The notes beneath the pieces are model-generated. The model was given only the letters and a program-made list of their open reading frames with translations. It was not told the DNA's origin and ran no database searches. The translations under genes and the position numbers were made by a program. Below, piece after piece: positions 46,899 to 56,181 of a stretch of 62,971 bases of DNA (the stretch's first letter is position 1; each line of letters opens with the position of its first letter). The stretch is from Candidatus Gottesmanbacteria bacterium (GTDB taxonomy: Bacteria > Patescibacteriota > Microgenomatia > UBA10105 > UBA927): positions 1 to 62,971 of the forward strand of contig JACREN010000007.1 in the NCBI GenBank assembly GCA_016218255.1. The letters are read 5' to 3'.

Positions 46899-48262
46899 AT
46901 TGCTTTTTCCTTATATAACACGCGTATCAATGTTCGGGTAACAACAATTCCAGTAAAAAGACTAGCAAGTACCCCGATAAACAGTGTAATGGCAAAGCCA
47001 CGTACCAAGCCAGAGCTTGGGAGCATTGACCAATTCCCAGGATTAAATAATACCAGGCAGGTGATGAGAGTCGTAAAATTTGCATCTCGTATACTATCCC
47101 ATGCCTTGCCAAAGCCTAGCTCCATGGCAACCTTCCATGGTCTGCCGGCCCGCTTCTCTTCTTTGAACCGCTCAAAGATCAAAATATTGCTGTCCACTGC
47201 CATGCCGATTGAAAGAATAAACCCCGCCACACCGGGCAGGGTAAGTGTAATGGGAATGAGTCGAAATACTGCGAACGTTAAAAGACCATAGAGAATTAAC
47301 GCACAATCCGCCAATACCCCTAAACGACCATATTGGACAACCATAAAAACCGCAACAATCGTCAAACCAACAAGTCCTGCCCGCACGCTCTTTACCACGG
47401 ATTCCTTACCAAGTGTCGCGCCGATACTTCGTCGCTCCACCACAGAAACAGACACCGGAAGCGCACCGGCATTGAGCTGAGTCGCAAGCATTTTTGCTTC
47501 TTCCTGCGTAAATCCACCCGTTATGACAGCCCGCCCATCGGTAATTGGAGTATTAATGCGAGGCCACATAATGGGCACGCTGTCAAGAAATATAGCAAGA
47601 GGTTTACCGACTAACCTGCTCGTAATATCGCTAAACGCAGCAGCACCCTTTGCATTAAACTCTAGTCCGACCTCGGGAGCACCATTTTGGCTGTTAAATA
47701 CAACAGCTGACCTACGCAAGTCTTTCCCTGTAATACCTGCAGGTTTGGTATTGCCGGAAGTAGGAAAAATAAATGCTCCCGGTGTTGCGTCTTTTTCATC
47801 GATAAATTCTCGAAATTCCAGTTGCGCCGTCTGCCCAATAAGCGACTCTGCTTTTGATACGTCCGTTATCCCCGGCATCTCAACAAGTATTCTATACGAT
47901 GTATTTGAGCGCGAAGATTGAATCGTTGGTTCTGATACGCCAAAAAAGTTTATCCTCCGTTCAATCACACTGCGTGCTGACTCCAGCGCATCGGCACGAT
48001 CCGACTCTGCAATATTTTTCATATCGGCCTCAAGAGCAATATGTGATCCTCCTGATAAATCCAATCCCAACTGTGTCCGAAAATCTTTATCAATACGAAA
48101 ACCAAAAACGGTAAATGAAATACGCGGCGCATGAAGGACATAGTCTATAGAAAAATTTAAGATCTGATACTTGATCCGGTAATTTTCCGGCAAATCAATA
48201 AAGACAAGAAGAACTGTTAAACTAAGAAGCCAAAAAAATATTCTATGGGGGGTTTTAAACAT
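46895..48262 (-). CDS. secD: Protein translocase subunit SecD
   Basis: LGLDLSGG, RINFFGVSEP, AGALP and GMAVDSNILIFER motifs. Confidence 0.97.
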   Translation of the reverse strand: MFKTPHRIFFWLLSLTVLLVFIDLPENYRIKYQILNFSIDYVLHAPRISFTVFGFRIDKDFRTQLGLDLSGGSHIALEADMKNIAESDRADALESARSVIERRINFFGVSEPTIQSSRSNTSYRILVEMPGITDVSKAESLIGQTAQLEFREFIDEKDATPGAFIFPTSGNTKPAGITGKDLRRSAVVFNSQNGAPEVGLEFNAKGAAAFSDITSRLVGKPLAIFLDSVPIMWPRINTPITDGRAVITGGFTQEEAKMLATQLNAGALPVSVSVVERRSIGATLGKESVVKSVRAGLVGLTIVAVFMVVQYGRLGVLADCALILYGLLTFAVFRLIPITLTLPGVAGFILSIGMAVDSNILIFERFKEEKRAGRPWKVAMELGFGKAWDSIRDANFTTLITCLVLFNPGNWSMLPSSGLVRGFAITLFIGVLASLFTGIVVTRTLIRVLYKEKAI

Positions 48263-48272
48263 AAGGAGAGTA

Positions 48273-48851
48273 TTACCGTATTAATTCCTCCTCATCACCT
48301 ATTATCATTAAGCGCAAACCGGAAAGAATCGATAATACAAAAGGGTCGCGGCGATGCTTCCGGAAGGCGAATTCTTCTTCCGTCATGACAGTATACTTCA
48401 ATTCCCTCTCACGCCGAACCTCCTCTGCCTTTACCAGTTGCGCCAATTCTGGCAAAACGACGGACCCGACAACAAGCAAATCGACATCCGATGCGTCTTT
48501 TTTTTGAGCTCCGCGTAATAATTTACCTGCAATCATAGCAAATTTTATTTTCCCCAATTTTGCTTTATTTTTGAGTATTTCCCATCCTAAGCCTGATGTT
48601 TTACCGATAAGCGCGAGCAAATCATAGTAAAGAGGATGGTCACGCCGCATCGCATACAATAATCTGTTTGCCCGCTGTTCTTTTGTCACCATCCCGGCTT
48701 TTTCCATGTGAGAAAGTTCACGGCGCACAGCATTGATTTCCTCATTAGTCCGTCGCACGATATCCCTGACATGAAAAATAACACCCGGGTGGGACAAAAA
48801 TAACGTCAGTATTTTAACTCTGACACGGGAAATAATAATATCTTCCAGCAT
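48273..48851 (-). CDS. Winged-helix plus nucleotidyltransferase-like domain protein
   Basis: N-terminal wHTH (HVRDIVRR...NAVRREL); C-terminal SDVDLLVVG. Confidence 0.75.
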   Translation of the reverse strand: MLEDIIISRVRVKILTLFLSHPGVIFHVRDIVRRTNEEINAVRRELSHMEKAGMVTKEQRANRLLYAMRRDHPLYYDLLALIGKTSGLGWEILKNKAKLGKIKFAMIAGKLLRGAQKKDASDVDLLVVGSVVLPELAQLVKAEEVRRERELKYTVMTEEEFAFRKHRRDPFVLSILSGLRLMIIGDEEELIR

Positions 48852-48872
48852 ATATCCTCGGGCAGGATATGG

Positions 48873-50048
48873 TTAATATGAGACCGGCGTTCCGATGGGC
48901 AACAGCTCAATCCATAATGGTCCGCGATTGAGGGACACCTCCCTGCCGGATGCATCGAGAATTTGAGTTCTATCTGTTCGCATTGGCTTAGACCATGTAA
49001 TATCTACCACCTTGCCGTCTGTAAACAATAAACCATCACCCTTCCCAACGTTGTTATACAATAAATGAGCGTGCTCGTCTACTGGCCCTATCTCTTTGGC
49101 AAATTGAATAATAACGGTTTTTGCCCACAACTGCTCATTGGTTTCCAAATCAAGGTGTGGCACTCCTCCATTCATACGCAAAAACCTATTTTGCTTCGGA
49201 TCATAATCCCAACGAACACCGTATTCTGCTTCATATCCTTTCCAGGCAACGAATTTGGCCGATAATGATGCACCGCGATCAGATTCCTTTGCATCATCTT
49301 TAAATTTCCATTTTTCAAAATTTTTGTCCCATGAAACTCCTTTCGCATCCACATTAGTCCAGCCCCGTTCGCTTGCGAGCTTCAACAGTTTATCCGTTAC
49401 ACACACCATGGTATGTTCCGTTGCAACCGGATGATCCAATCGGTCATAGTTACGGAAACATGTTGGAAATGAAATACCAAACTGATCCATATCTTTTATT
49501 TTATAGGTATCAATTTGACACAATGCTTTTGCCCGCTCATCCACCGTTGGATCATTGCATCGACCTGCACCGCCAACGTGATTGTATAAAGCATCATATT
49601 CCAGTACCCAAGGAAGAAAATAGGTGCGAGCACTTCGTACCGGGGCAACATTTGTACCTTGAGCTGCAATACCGCAATAAAAAATTGCCATAAACCTGCT
49701 AATGCCTCCTTCTGCCACCGCTTCATAGACAACATCGGCACGAGAGAGACCGGATTGTGGACGCGATTCTGCATGATTTTCTATCATTACAGCCAATGGG
49801 CGGACCTTTTCCCACTTTTCCCGTTCCTGCTTGGTGTACATCATGCCATTAATCGGGCACGATTCCGTCCGAGGTATGGAAGGATCGATAACGAAATGTG
49901 ATTGACCACCCGATGCCGTTTGGTTACTTTTTCCTTTTTGTGACAAACTCCCACTTGTCAGACGGAAAACACCATAAGAAATTCCGGTTGCGATTAGATA
50001 TAACGCAAGTCCTACAATACCAGTTGCGATAAATTGCTGTTTATTCAT
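48873..50048 (-). CDS. DUF3048-type protein
   Basis: PLAVMIEN, RPQSGL, ADVVYE, EGGISRF and PVRSAR motifs. Confidence 0.88.
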   Translation of the reverse strand: MNKQQFIATGIVGLALYLIATGISYGVFRLTSGSLSQKGKSNQTASGGQSHFVIDPSIPRTESCPINGMMYTKQEREKWEKVRPLAVMIENHAESRPQSGLSRADVVYEAVAEGGISRFMAIFYCGIAAQGTNVAPVRSARTYFLPWVLEYDALYNHVGGAGRCNDPTVDERAKALCQIDTYKIKDMDQFGISFPTCFRNYDRLDHPVATEHTMVCVTDKLLKLASERGWTNVDAKGVSWDKNFEKWKFKDDAKESDRGASLSAKFVAWKGYEAEYGVRWDYDPKQNRFLRMNGGVPHLDLETNEQLWAKTVIIQFAKEIGPVDEHAHLLYNNVGKGDGLLFTDGKVVDITWSKPMRTDRTQILDASGREVSLNRGPLWIELLPIGTPVSY

Positions 50049-50054
50049 AAGTTA

Positions 50055-50528
50055 TTAGTCCAGATGTTTTGCTTTTTTTATCGCCGTCTGTTCTTCACGG
50101 GAAAGCTCAACATCTTTACCTGCTCCCTTCTGTATTTCTTTTACATACCATCTGTTACCTGCCCGCGCATATAAAGACGTAATCACAATACCATTATCAT
50201 GTCCGTCCAAAAGGGACATGGTAAAACTTTGAGACCCCCCCGTATCGGCAAATGGGTTAAACCGTACAATACCGATACGAGCAATATGAGATTGACCATC
50301 CACCGCAATTTTCTCTAACTCTAGTGTAAGCGCATTACTCTGCTTTTTCAACCCCATCTGCGTATCTAATATCTGGTCTAATACCGCCTTTAGCCCGGTT
50401 CCTGATACCTCTTTTGTTAACCGATTATAATGCCCGATCATGCGCAAGACCAAAACCGTCAATATACCAACCCAGACACTCTCTGCTATCAAAATTCCTA
50501 TCACTAGAGACGACTGGTCAAAAGCCAT
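50055..50528 (-). CDS. DUF4446-type protein
   Basis: TM, then GIVRFNPFADTGGSQSF and LSREEQ.AI; start moved to MAFDQ because ATG 50552 lies inside the promoter. Confidence 0.85.
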   Translation of the reverse strand: MAFDQSSLVIGILIAESVWVGILTVLVLRMIGHYNRLTKEVSGTGLKAVLDQILDTQMGLKKQSNALTLELEKIAVDGQSHIARIGIVRFNPFADTGGSQSFTMSLLDGHDNGIVITSLYARAGNRWYVKEIQKGAGKDVELSREEQTAIKKAKHLD

Positions 50529-50596
50529 GAGTATATGAATAGTATGATTCATCTATTTTATTTGTCAACGAATAAATTACCTGTTATGGTATGAAT

Positions 50597-52138
50597 ATGC
50601 TCGCCAAAATATCCTCCGGCGCGGTCGTAGGATTGGAAGCAGTACCGATCACCGTTGAAGTCGATATTGCATCCCAGGGTCTCCCATCATTTACCATCGT
50701 CGGCCTTCCGGATAAAGCGGTCGAAGAAAGCAAAGAGCGCGTCCGAGCCGCTATTCGAAACAGCGGAGCGGAATTTCCAACAAAACGAATAACAGTAAAT
50801 TTGGCCCCTGCTGATTTGCCTAAAGCAGGTCCAGCATATGACCTACCGATCGCAATAGGCATTTTGGTCGCATCGGAACAACTGACTACTCAAAAGGAAA
50901 AATCTCTCTATCTTGGTGAATTATCCCTCGATGGTAGCTTAAGACATACAAATGGAATTTTACCAATCGCAATGCTTACCAAAACACAACGTATATCCAC
51001 AATTTTTTTGCCTGCGATTGATGCGCAGGAGGCATCAGTGATTCAGGGAATCACTATATACCCTGTCCCTACACTTCTTGCACTTTTTCACCATCTTACA
51101 AAACAGATAATCCTTGAACCTCAAAAGCACACGGCATTTCACCACATAAATCAAAAACAGGCATTTGATTTTGATCTTAAAGACGTTTGCGGCCAAGAAT
51201 ATGTTAAACGCGCTCTCGAAATTGCTGCTGCAGGGGGCCATAATCTATTTCTTCACGGTCCTCCCGGCGCTGGAAAAACGATGATTGCGCGTACTATTCC
51301 GTCTATTCTGCCAGATCTTACAGAACAGGAAGCTCTTGAAGTCACTAAAATCTACTCCGTCACCGGCAATCTTCCAATCGGAACGTCCCTTATAAAACAC
51401 CGACCGTTCCGGGCGCCACACCATACAACATCCAGAATCGGGCTTATAGGCGGCGGAGCACACCCGATACCTGGAGAAATATCGCTCGCTCACCGCGGTG
51501 TATTATTTCTGGATGAATTTCCTGAATTCCCTCGACATGTATTGGAAGCGCTACGGCAACCCATGGAAGATGGTGTGGTATCCATATCGAGAGCTGCCGG
51601 ATCAGTAACGTATCCTGCTAAATTCATGCTTATCGCCGCAGCTAATCCCTGCCCCTGCGGCAATTTTGGATCTGATACCAAACAGTGCAGCTGCATGTCT
51701 GGCATGGTTCTACGGTACCAAAAACGGATCTCAGGACCTTTACTCGACCGCATTGATCTCCATGTGCATGTCCCTGCGGTAAAAACAGAAAAACTTACCA
51801 ATCAAAATATTCCCGCGCTGGAAAACTCAAAAACTGTAAGGATTCGGGTACAAAGAGCAAGAACAGTGCAGATACGCCGCCTACATAAAACCGGCTGCAA
51901 ATCAAACGCGGAAATGTCTACACAAATAGTAAAGAATCTATGTCCGCTAACAGACGAGCCAATCTCATTTCTTCGAAAAGCGGTCACAATGATGCAGTTA
52001 TCAGCCCGCAGCTATTTCCGTATCATTAAAGTTGCCAGAACAATCGCTGATCTTGAAGAAGAACGGTTCGTCGCTGTAACTCACATAGCGGAAGCTCTGC
52101 AATACCGCCCAAGAGAAGAACAGTTCGCAAGCTCCTGA
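50597..52138 (+). CDS. comM: YifB/ComM Mg-chelatase-like AAA+ ATPase
   Basis: VGLPD, NLAPADLPK, GPPGAGKT, HRGVLFLDE, CPCG and SGPLLDRID motifs; start 7 nt after TGtTATGGT. Confidence 0.93.
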   Translation: MLAKISSGAVVGLEAVPITVEVDIASQGLPSFTIVGLPDKAVEESKERVRAAIRNSGAEFPTKRITVNLAPADLPKAGPAYDLPIAIGILVASEQLTTQKEKSLYLGELSLDGSLRHTNGILPIAMLTKTQRISTIFLPAIDAQEASVIQGITIYPVPTLLALFHHLTKQIILEPQKHTAFHHINQKQAFDFDLKDVCGQEYVKRALEIAAAGGHNLFLHGPPGAGKTMIARTIPSILPDLTEQEALEVTKIYSVTGNLPIGTSLIKHRPFRAPHHTTSRIGLIGGGAHPIPGEISLAHRGVLFLDEFPEFPRHVLEALRQPMEDGVVSISRAAGSVTYPAKFMLIAAANPCPCGNFGSDTKQCSCMSGMVLRYQKRISGPLLDRIDLHVHVPAVKTEKLTNQNIPALENSKTVRIRVQRARTVQIRRLHKTGCKSNAEMSTQIVKNLCPLTDEPISFLRKAVTMMQLSARSYFRIIKVARTIADLEEERFVAVTHIAEALQYRPREEQFASS

Positions 52139-52140
52139 AA

Positions 52141-52169
52141 GAAAACCCCGACTCTTAGCCGGGGTTTTC
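52141..52169. terminator. Bidirectional terminator between comM and the DUF5679-like gene
   Basis: GAAAACCCCG/CGGGGTTTTC 10-bp stem between convergent genes. Confidence 0.85.
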
Positions 52170-52191
52170 AACAAACGTTACTGAAAAATAA

Positions 52192-52332
52192 TTAACCACC
52201 GATTTTATACATCCCGGTTCCGCATACTGGACATTTTCCTTTCATTGCGGGCTTCCCGTTTTTCATAGTGACTTTCACTGCGCTTGGATCTTCGCGCTTT
52301 GCGCGGCACTTTACACAATACATGCTTGCCAT
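52192..52332 (-). CDS. 46-aa zinc-ribbon protein, DUF5679-like (missed by the ORF track)
   Basis: MASMYCVKCRAKREDPSAVKVTMKNGKPAMKGKCPVCGTGMYKIGG; SD AAGGAGGTGA at 52350-52341. Confidence 0.88.
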   Translation of the reverse strand: MASMYCVKCRAKREDPSAVKVTMKNGKPAMKGKCPVCGTGMYKIGG

Positions 52333-52350
52333 ATTCTATTTCACCTCCTT

Positions 52351-52587
52351 TCAAGTCTTCCAATACCACCACAAACCAAATTCTACGACCAAAGCAATAG
52401 AAGCCAGAAAAATAGTTTTCGCAAGATCACGCTTTATCTGAGCCAGCTCTCCCATTTGAGTAGATGACACAAAAGAAGGTGTAATAGGTAAAGAAGATCT
52501 GTTAAATTGATACACATTGCCACCGACAGTATGGGGAGTATTTCTTGTATCAGCGATCATTTTTTCGCGCCGGGTCTTTTTTGGCAT
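52351..52587 (-). CDS. Small basic protein with a C-terminal TM
   Basis: MPKKTRREK...IFLASIALVVEFGLWWYW; promoter TTGACA-18-TGcTACGCT upstream. Confidence 0.7.
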   Translation of the reverse strand: MPKKTRREKMIADTRNTPHTVGGNVYQFNRSSLPITPSFVSSTQMGELAQIKRDLAKTIFLASIALVVEFGLWWYWKT

Positions 52588-52674
52588 ATTCTGAAGCTGT
52601 TTAGCCTCGTGGGCTTGAGCGTAGCATGTGCGAGCATCGCTTGTCAACTTTTTCCAATTTTGATACAATATCGA

Positions 52675-53115
52675 TGCACATTGGAATCCGAATTCTCACC
52701 CTAAAAATTTCGCTAAAATCGTAAGATTTTAATGCATTTCATGCATGCGAAATTTTCAGGGAGGAAAGTCCAGACAGCAGAATGCAGGGGAGGGAACGTA
52801 AGTTCCCCATCAAAAGATCGGGTGATCCCGAAGTGAAAACCGAGGGAAACGAAGGCCGAAATGACGGCCTGAGAGAGTCACAGAGACGATCATCAACCTG
52901 TAGCTAGACAGCTATGGTAGATGCGTGAAACGAATGACAATCCCACCCGCTGCAACCGACGAATATCTCGCACTTCTTCTGCAGCAATGCAGAAGAGGAC
53001 AAACGGCATTCAAAATTTCTTTTCTCATTGAGGGAAAGGGTGCGGGATGAAGTGTGCGGGCCCAGAGAAATGAGAATTTTGAAACAGAATCCGGCTTACG
53101 AGGTTCCAATGTGCA
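52675..53115 (+). ncRNA. rnpB: RNase P RNA
   Basis: P4 halves GAGGAAAGTCC (52761-52771) and ACAGAATCCGGCTTAC (53084-53099); P1 TGCACATTGGAA/TTCCAATGTGCA; P2 AATTCTCA/TGAGAATT; promoter TTGTCA-17-TACAAT (52641-52669). Confidence 0.93.
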
Positions 53116-54081
53116 CTATTGCTTTTCGACAAATTCCTCAACCAAAACCTGAAACACAAGCAAAATCGGCACCGCAAGAATAATGCCAGTGATTCCTGCT
53201 AAACGAGCACCAATCATAAGGGCAATGATAGTGATAAGAGGAGAAAATCCGGTGACATGACGCATTACAAGCGGCACCAATATATTGTTCTCAATCTGCT
53301 GAACAATAAAGTACAATGCGGCGACTGACAAAGCGAAAAGTGGCGATACGCCAAGAGCTACCAATACTGCAGGTACCGCAGAAACAATCGGACCGATAGT
53401 CGGAACCAGTTCAAAAAGCCCTGCGACAATGGCAAGCGGCAACGCAAATTCTACATGCAGCACCAACAATCCAATATAGGAGAATATACCGACAAAGGCC
53501 ATAAGAATTAATTCTCCCCGCACCCATGTACCCAAACGTTTTTCTATCTTCCGAAGAATTCCAAGAACCTGTATACCAACCGTCTCCCCCATAAGCGACG
53601 TCGCGACTACTTGAGCATGATGCCGTTCAAGAAGAAAATAAAAAGTAAAAACCAATACCGTCAAAGTCGTGACAATATTAGAAAAAATTCCAACCGTTAC
53701 CTTAACAACGTTTTCTCCTATCGGCGCAATCTGGGAAGTAAATGCTCCAATATCTATATTCCAATACGGCAATACACGTGTAACGACAAATGGAAGCTCT
53801 TGCATAAACCGAGTAGACTGCACAATTAGTGCAGGAATCGCACCGGCAAACGACACCCCAAGAAACCCAAAAATTACCAAATAGACAAACCCGATCGCAA
53901 TAAAACGCGGCAATCGGAATTTCGTTAATATATAAACAAATGGATGAAGCGCAGTCATGAGAAGAAATGCAATAAAAAGAAGAAAAAGAATATCTCGAAT
54001 CTGCAAAACAAGCCACAAACCGACGATAAGGGCAACTGCGAATAAAATGGTCCTATACGATACTTCTATCTTCGACCCCAT
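53116..54081 (-). CDS. AI-2E/PerM family transporter
   Basis: Multi-TM; VPTIGP, QQIENNILVP and GIILAVP motifs; start set to MGSKI. Confidence 0.9.
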   Translation of the reverse strand: MGSKIEVSYRTILFAVALIVGLWLVLQIRDILFLLFIAFLLMTALHPFVYILTKFRLPRFIAIGFVYLVIFGFLGVSFAGAIPALIVQSTRFMQELPFVVTRVLPYWNIDIGAFTSQIAPIGENVVKVTVGIFSNIVTTLTVLVFTFYFLLERHHAQVVATSLMGETVGIQVLGILRKIEKRLGTWVRGELILMAFVGIFSYIGLLVLHVEFALPLAIVAGLFELVPTIGPIVSAVPAVLVALGVSPLFALSVAALYFIVQQIENNILVPLVMRHVTGFSPLITIIALMIGARLAGITGIILAVPILLVFQVLVEEFVEKQ

Positions 54082-54085
54082 ACCA

Positions 54086-54943
54086 TTAGTGAGTATACCA
54101 TGAGCTGACATATGCTTCCACCAATCCGATATACCCCTCCTTTGATACATCAAACCACCGGATATTCTTCTGCTTCCTAAACCACGTCATTTGCCGTTTC
54201 GCATACTGTAACTCTGATAAAGTCCACTTTGCAAGCGCCTCCTCTTTCGTGCTGTTGCCATGTGAATAAGAAAGAAGAGGTGCGACACCCAATAGCGACG
54301 GCAGGCCGTCACGCACTTCTCTTACGGCTTTGACGAAGCGCTCCCTTACTCGTTTTCTAATACGCTGTTCAAGTATCGACAAAGGCGAAGTCAAACCGAT
54401 CCATAGCGCATCGTACTGCGGCATGGTCGGCGGTACATACTTCGCTGACCGAGCCACCTCAATCGCCCGAATGAGTCGCCGGGGATTTTTTTGATCAGAT
54501 TCATTCATTGCTTTCCACCTCAAAGAATCTATAAGCTGCAACTCCTCTTGAAGCGAGGAAAGAGAGGCTGCATGTAAAACCATACGAAGTGACGGATTTG
54601 GCGGTACCATAAGAGAATCGACAGTTGTCGTCAGAGCCTGAAGATAAAACCCAGTTCCTCCGACGAGAATCGGTAATTTATTTCGCTTATAAATATTCTC
54701 AATTGATGACTTGGCAAGGCGAACAAAATGAGCAACGCTGAACGCCATACCCGGCTCAACTACATCATAGAGCCAAATTGGAATATCATCACTTCTGTCT
54801 TTTCCGGTGAGCGCATCGAGGCCTTTATAGATTTGCCGCGAATCCGCGCTCACCAATTCCCCATTCCACTGCTTTGCCAACATTATGGCTAATGCGGTTT
54901 TTCCTGTTGCCGTTGGCCCGCAAACAACGAGAAGTTTGTTCAT
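54086..54943 (-). CDS. miaA: tRNA dimethylallyltransferase
   Basis: GPTATGKT, DSRQIY, VGGTGFY, RRLIRAIE and YAKRQMTWF motifs. Confidence 0.96.
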   Translation of the reverse strand: MNKLLVVCGPTATGKTALAIMLAKQWNGELVSADSRQIYKGLDALTGKDRSDDIPIWLYDVVEPGMAFSVAHFVRLAKSSIENIYKRNKLPILVGGTGFYLQALTTTVDSLMVPPNPSLRMVLHAASLSSLQEELQLIDSLRWKAMNESDQKNPRRLIRAIEVARSAKYVPPTMPQYDALWIGLTSPLSILEQRIRKRVRERFVKAVREVRDGLPSLLGVAPLLSYSHGNSTKEEALAKWTLSELQYAKRQMTWFRKQKNIRWFDVSKEGYIGLVEAYVSSWYTH

Positions 54944-54948
54944 ATCTA

Positions 54949-56169
54949 TTATTGATATGTTCCAGCTCTCAGATTCGTTTTATTTATCAATTCTTCAATA
55001 ATTTTCCATCGTCGTTTTTTCTCCCTATGGGGTACATCATCCGTATATACTTTATGTGCGGCGGTTATTGGCCTATCAGAATACATAGCCACATACGCTT
55101 TTGTAAACCCCACCTTTATTACCAGATCTACGGTGTTGTCGAACTGCTCTTTTGTTTCACCACAAAATCCAACAATAATATCGGTTGAAATAGTGACTCC
55201 TGGTATATTATCACGCAGTTTATGTATGAGGGCGAGATATTCTTCTCGTGTATACCAACGATTCATTTTCCGAAGCAGTGCCGTATCACCGGATTGAACC
55301 GGCAGATGAATATGTCGAGAAATTTTGGAGTTTTTGGCGATAACTTCTATAAGGTCATCCGAAAAATCCCACGGGTTACTGGAAATAAAATCTAGCTGAA
55401 CAAGTCCAGGAAGCAAGCATATATCCGTCAACAACTGCGGAAATAATGTGGGAATTCGCAACCGACCCAAATGTTTCACGTAGGTAGGTTTAATACCATT
55501 TCCCCCCACAGTAAAAAGCCGGATATCACGTTCTGCGGCTTTTTCCGATGGAAAAAAATTCTTACCTGCATCCCTCAACACATGCACGTTGTCCGGCCCC
55601 AACACTAAATCAGCACCATATGAGTTTACATTTTGCCCAACGAGTGTAATGTGCGTATATTTTTTACTCAATAAATCTCTGCACTCATTTAACACGTCTT
55701 CATAAGGTCTGCTTATCTCACGCCCGCGAGTAAACGGAACCACACAAAACGTACAAAAATTGTTGCACCCGTTAGAAATCGGAACCCATGCGTGTTTCTT
55801 ATCTGATCGAATGGGCGCCGTATCAAAACCAACTTCTTCAATCGGTAAAAATTCATCAACCGACGGCATTTTTTTTGCGAGCAATGAAAGCATTTTTCCT
55901 GTTTTTTCTCTTGCTGCCATGCCCACCATGCAACCTGTAACAACTACTTTCACCTTTCTCCCGTGAGATTTCTCGAGCGATAAATTATGCACCAGTCCGT
56001 ATACGCGGTTCTCCGCTTTTTCCCGAATCATACATGTGTTTATCACCACATCATCAGCGGACTTTATTGATCTGGCCTTGGTATAACCACGAGATCGATA
56101 GAGCGCTGCTATGCGTTCACTGTCCGCTTCATTTGCAGCACAGCCAAACGTAACTATCCAATATTTCAT
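54949..56169 (-). CDS. miaB: tRNA methylthiotransferase MiaB-like, lacking TRAM
   Basis: TFGCAAN, NTC, GC (UPF0004 ligands); CNNFCTFC radical SAM motif; follows miaA in the operon. Confidence 0.9.
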   Translation of the reverse strand: MKYWIVTFGCAANEADSERIAALYRSRGYTKARSIKSADDVVINTCMIREKAENRVYGLVHNLSLEKSHGRKVKVVVTGCMVGMAAREKTGKMLSLLAKKMPSVDEFLPIEEVGFDTAPIRSDKKHAWVPISNGCNNFCTFCVVPFTRGREISRPYEDVLNECRDLLSKKYTHITLVGQNVNSYGADLVLGPDNVHVLRDAGKNFFPSEKAAERDIRLFTVGGNGIKPTYVKHLGRLRIPTLFPQLLTDICLLPGLVQLDFISSNPWDFSDDLIEVIAKNSKISRHIHLPVQSGDTALLRKMNRWYTREEYLALIHKLRDNIPGVTISTDIIVGFCGETKEQFDNTVDLVIKVGFTKAYVAMYSDRPITAAHKVYTDDVPHREKKRRWKIIEELINKTNLRAGTYQ

Positions 56170-56181
56170 GAGGGTATTATA

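Noticed and set aside
52912-53109. 65-aa minus-strand ORF
   Set aside because: Antisense to the RNase P RNA.
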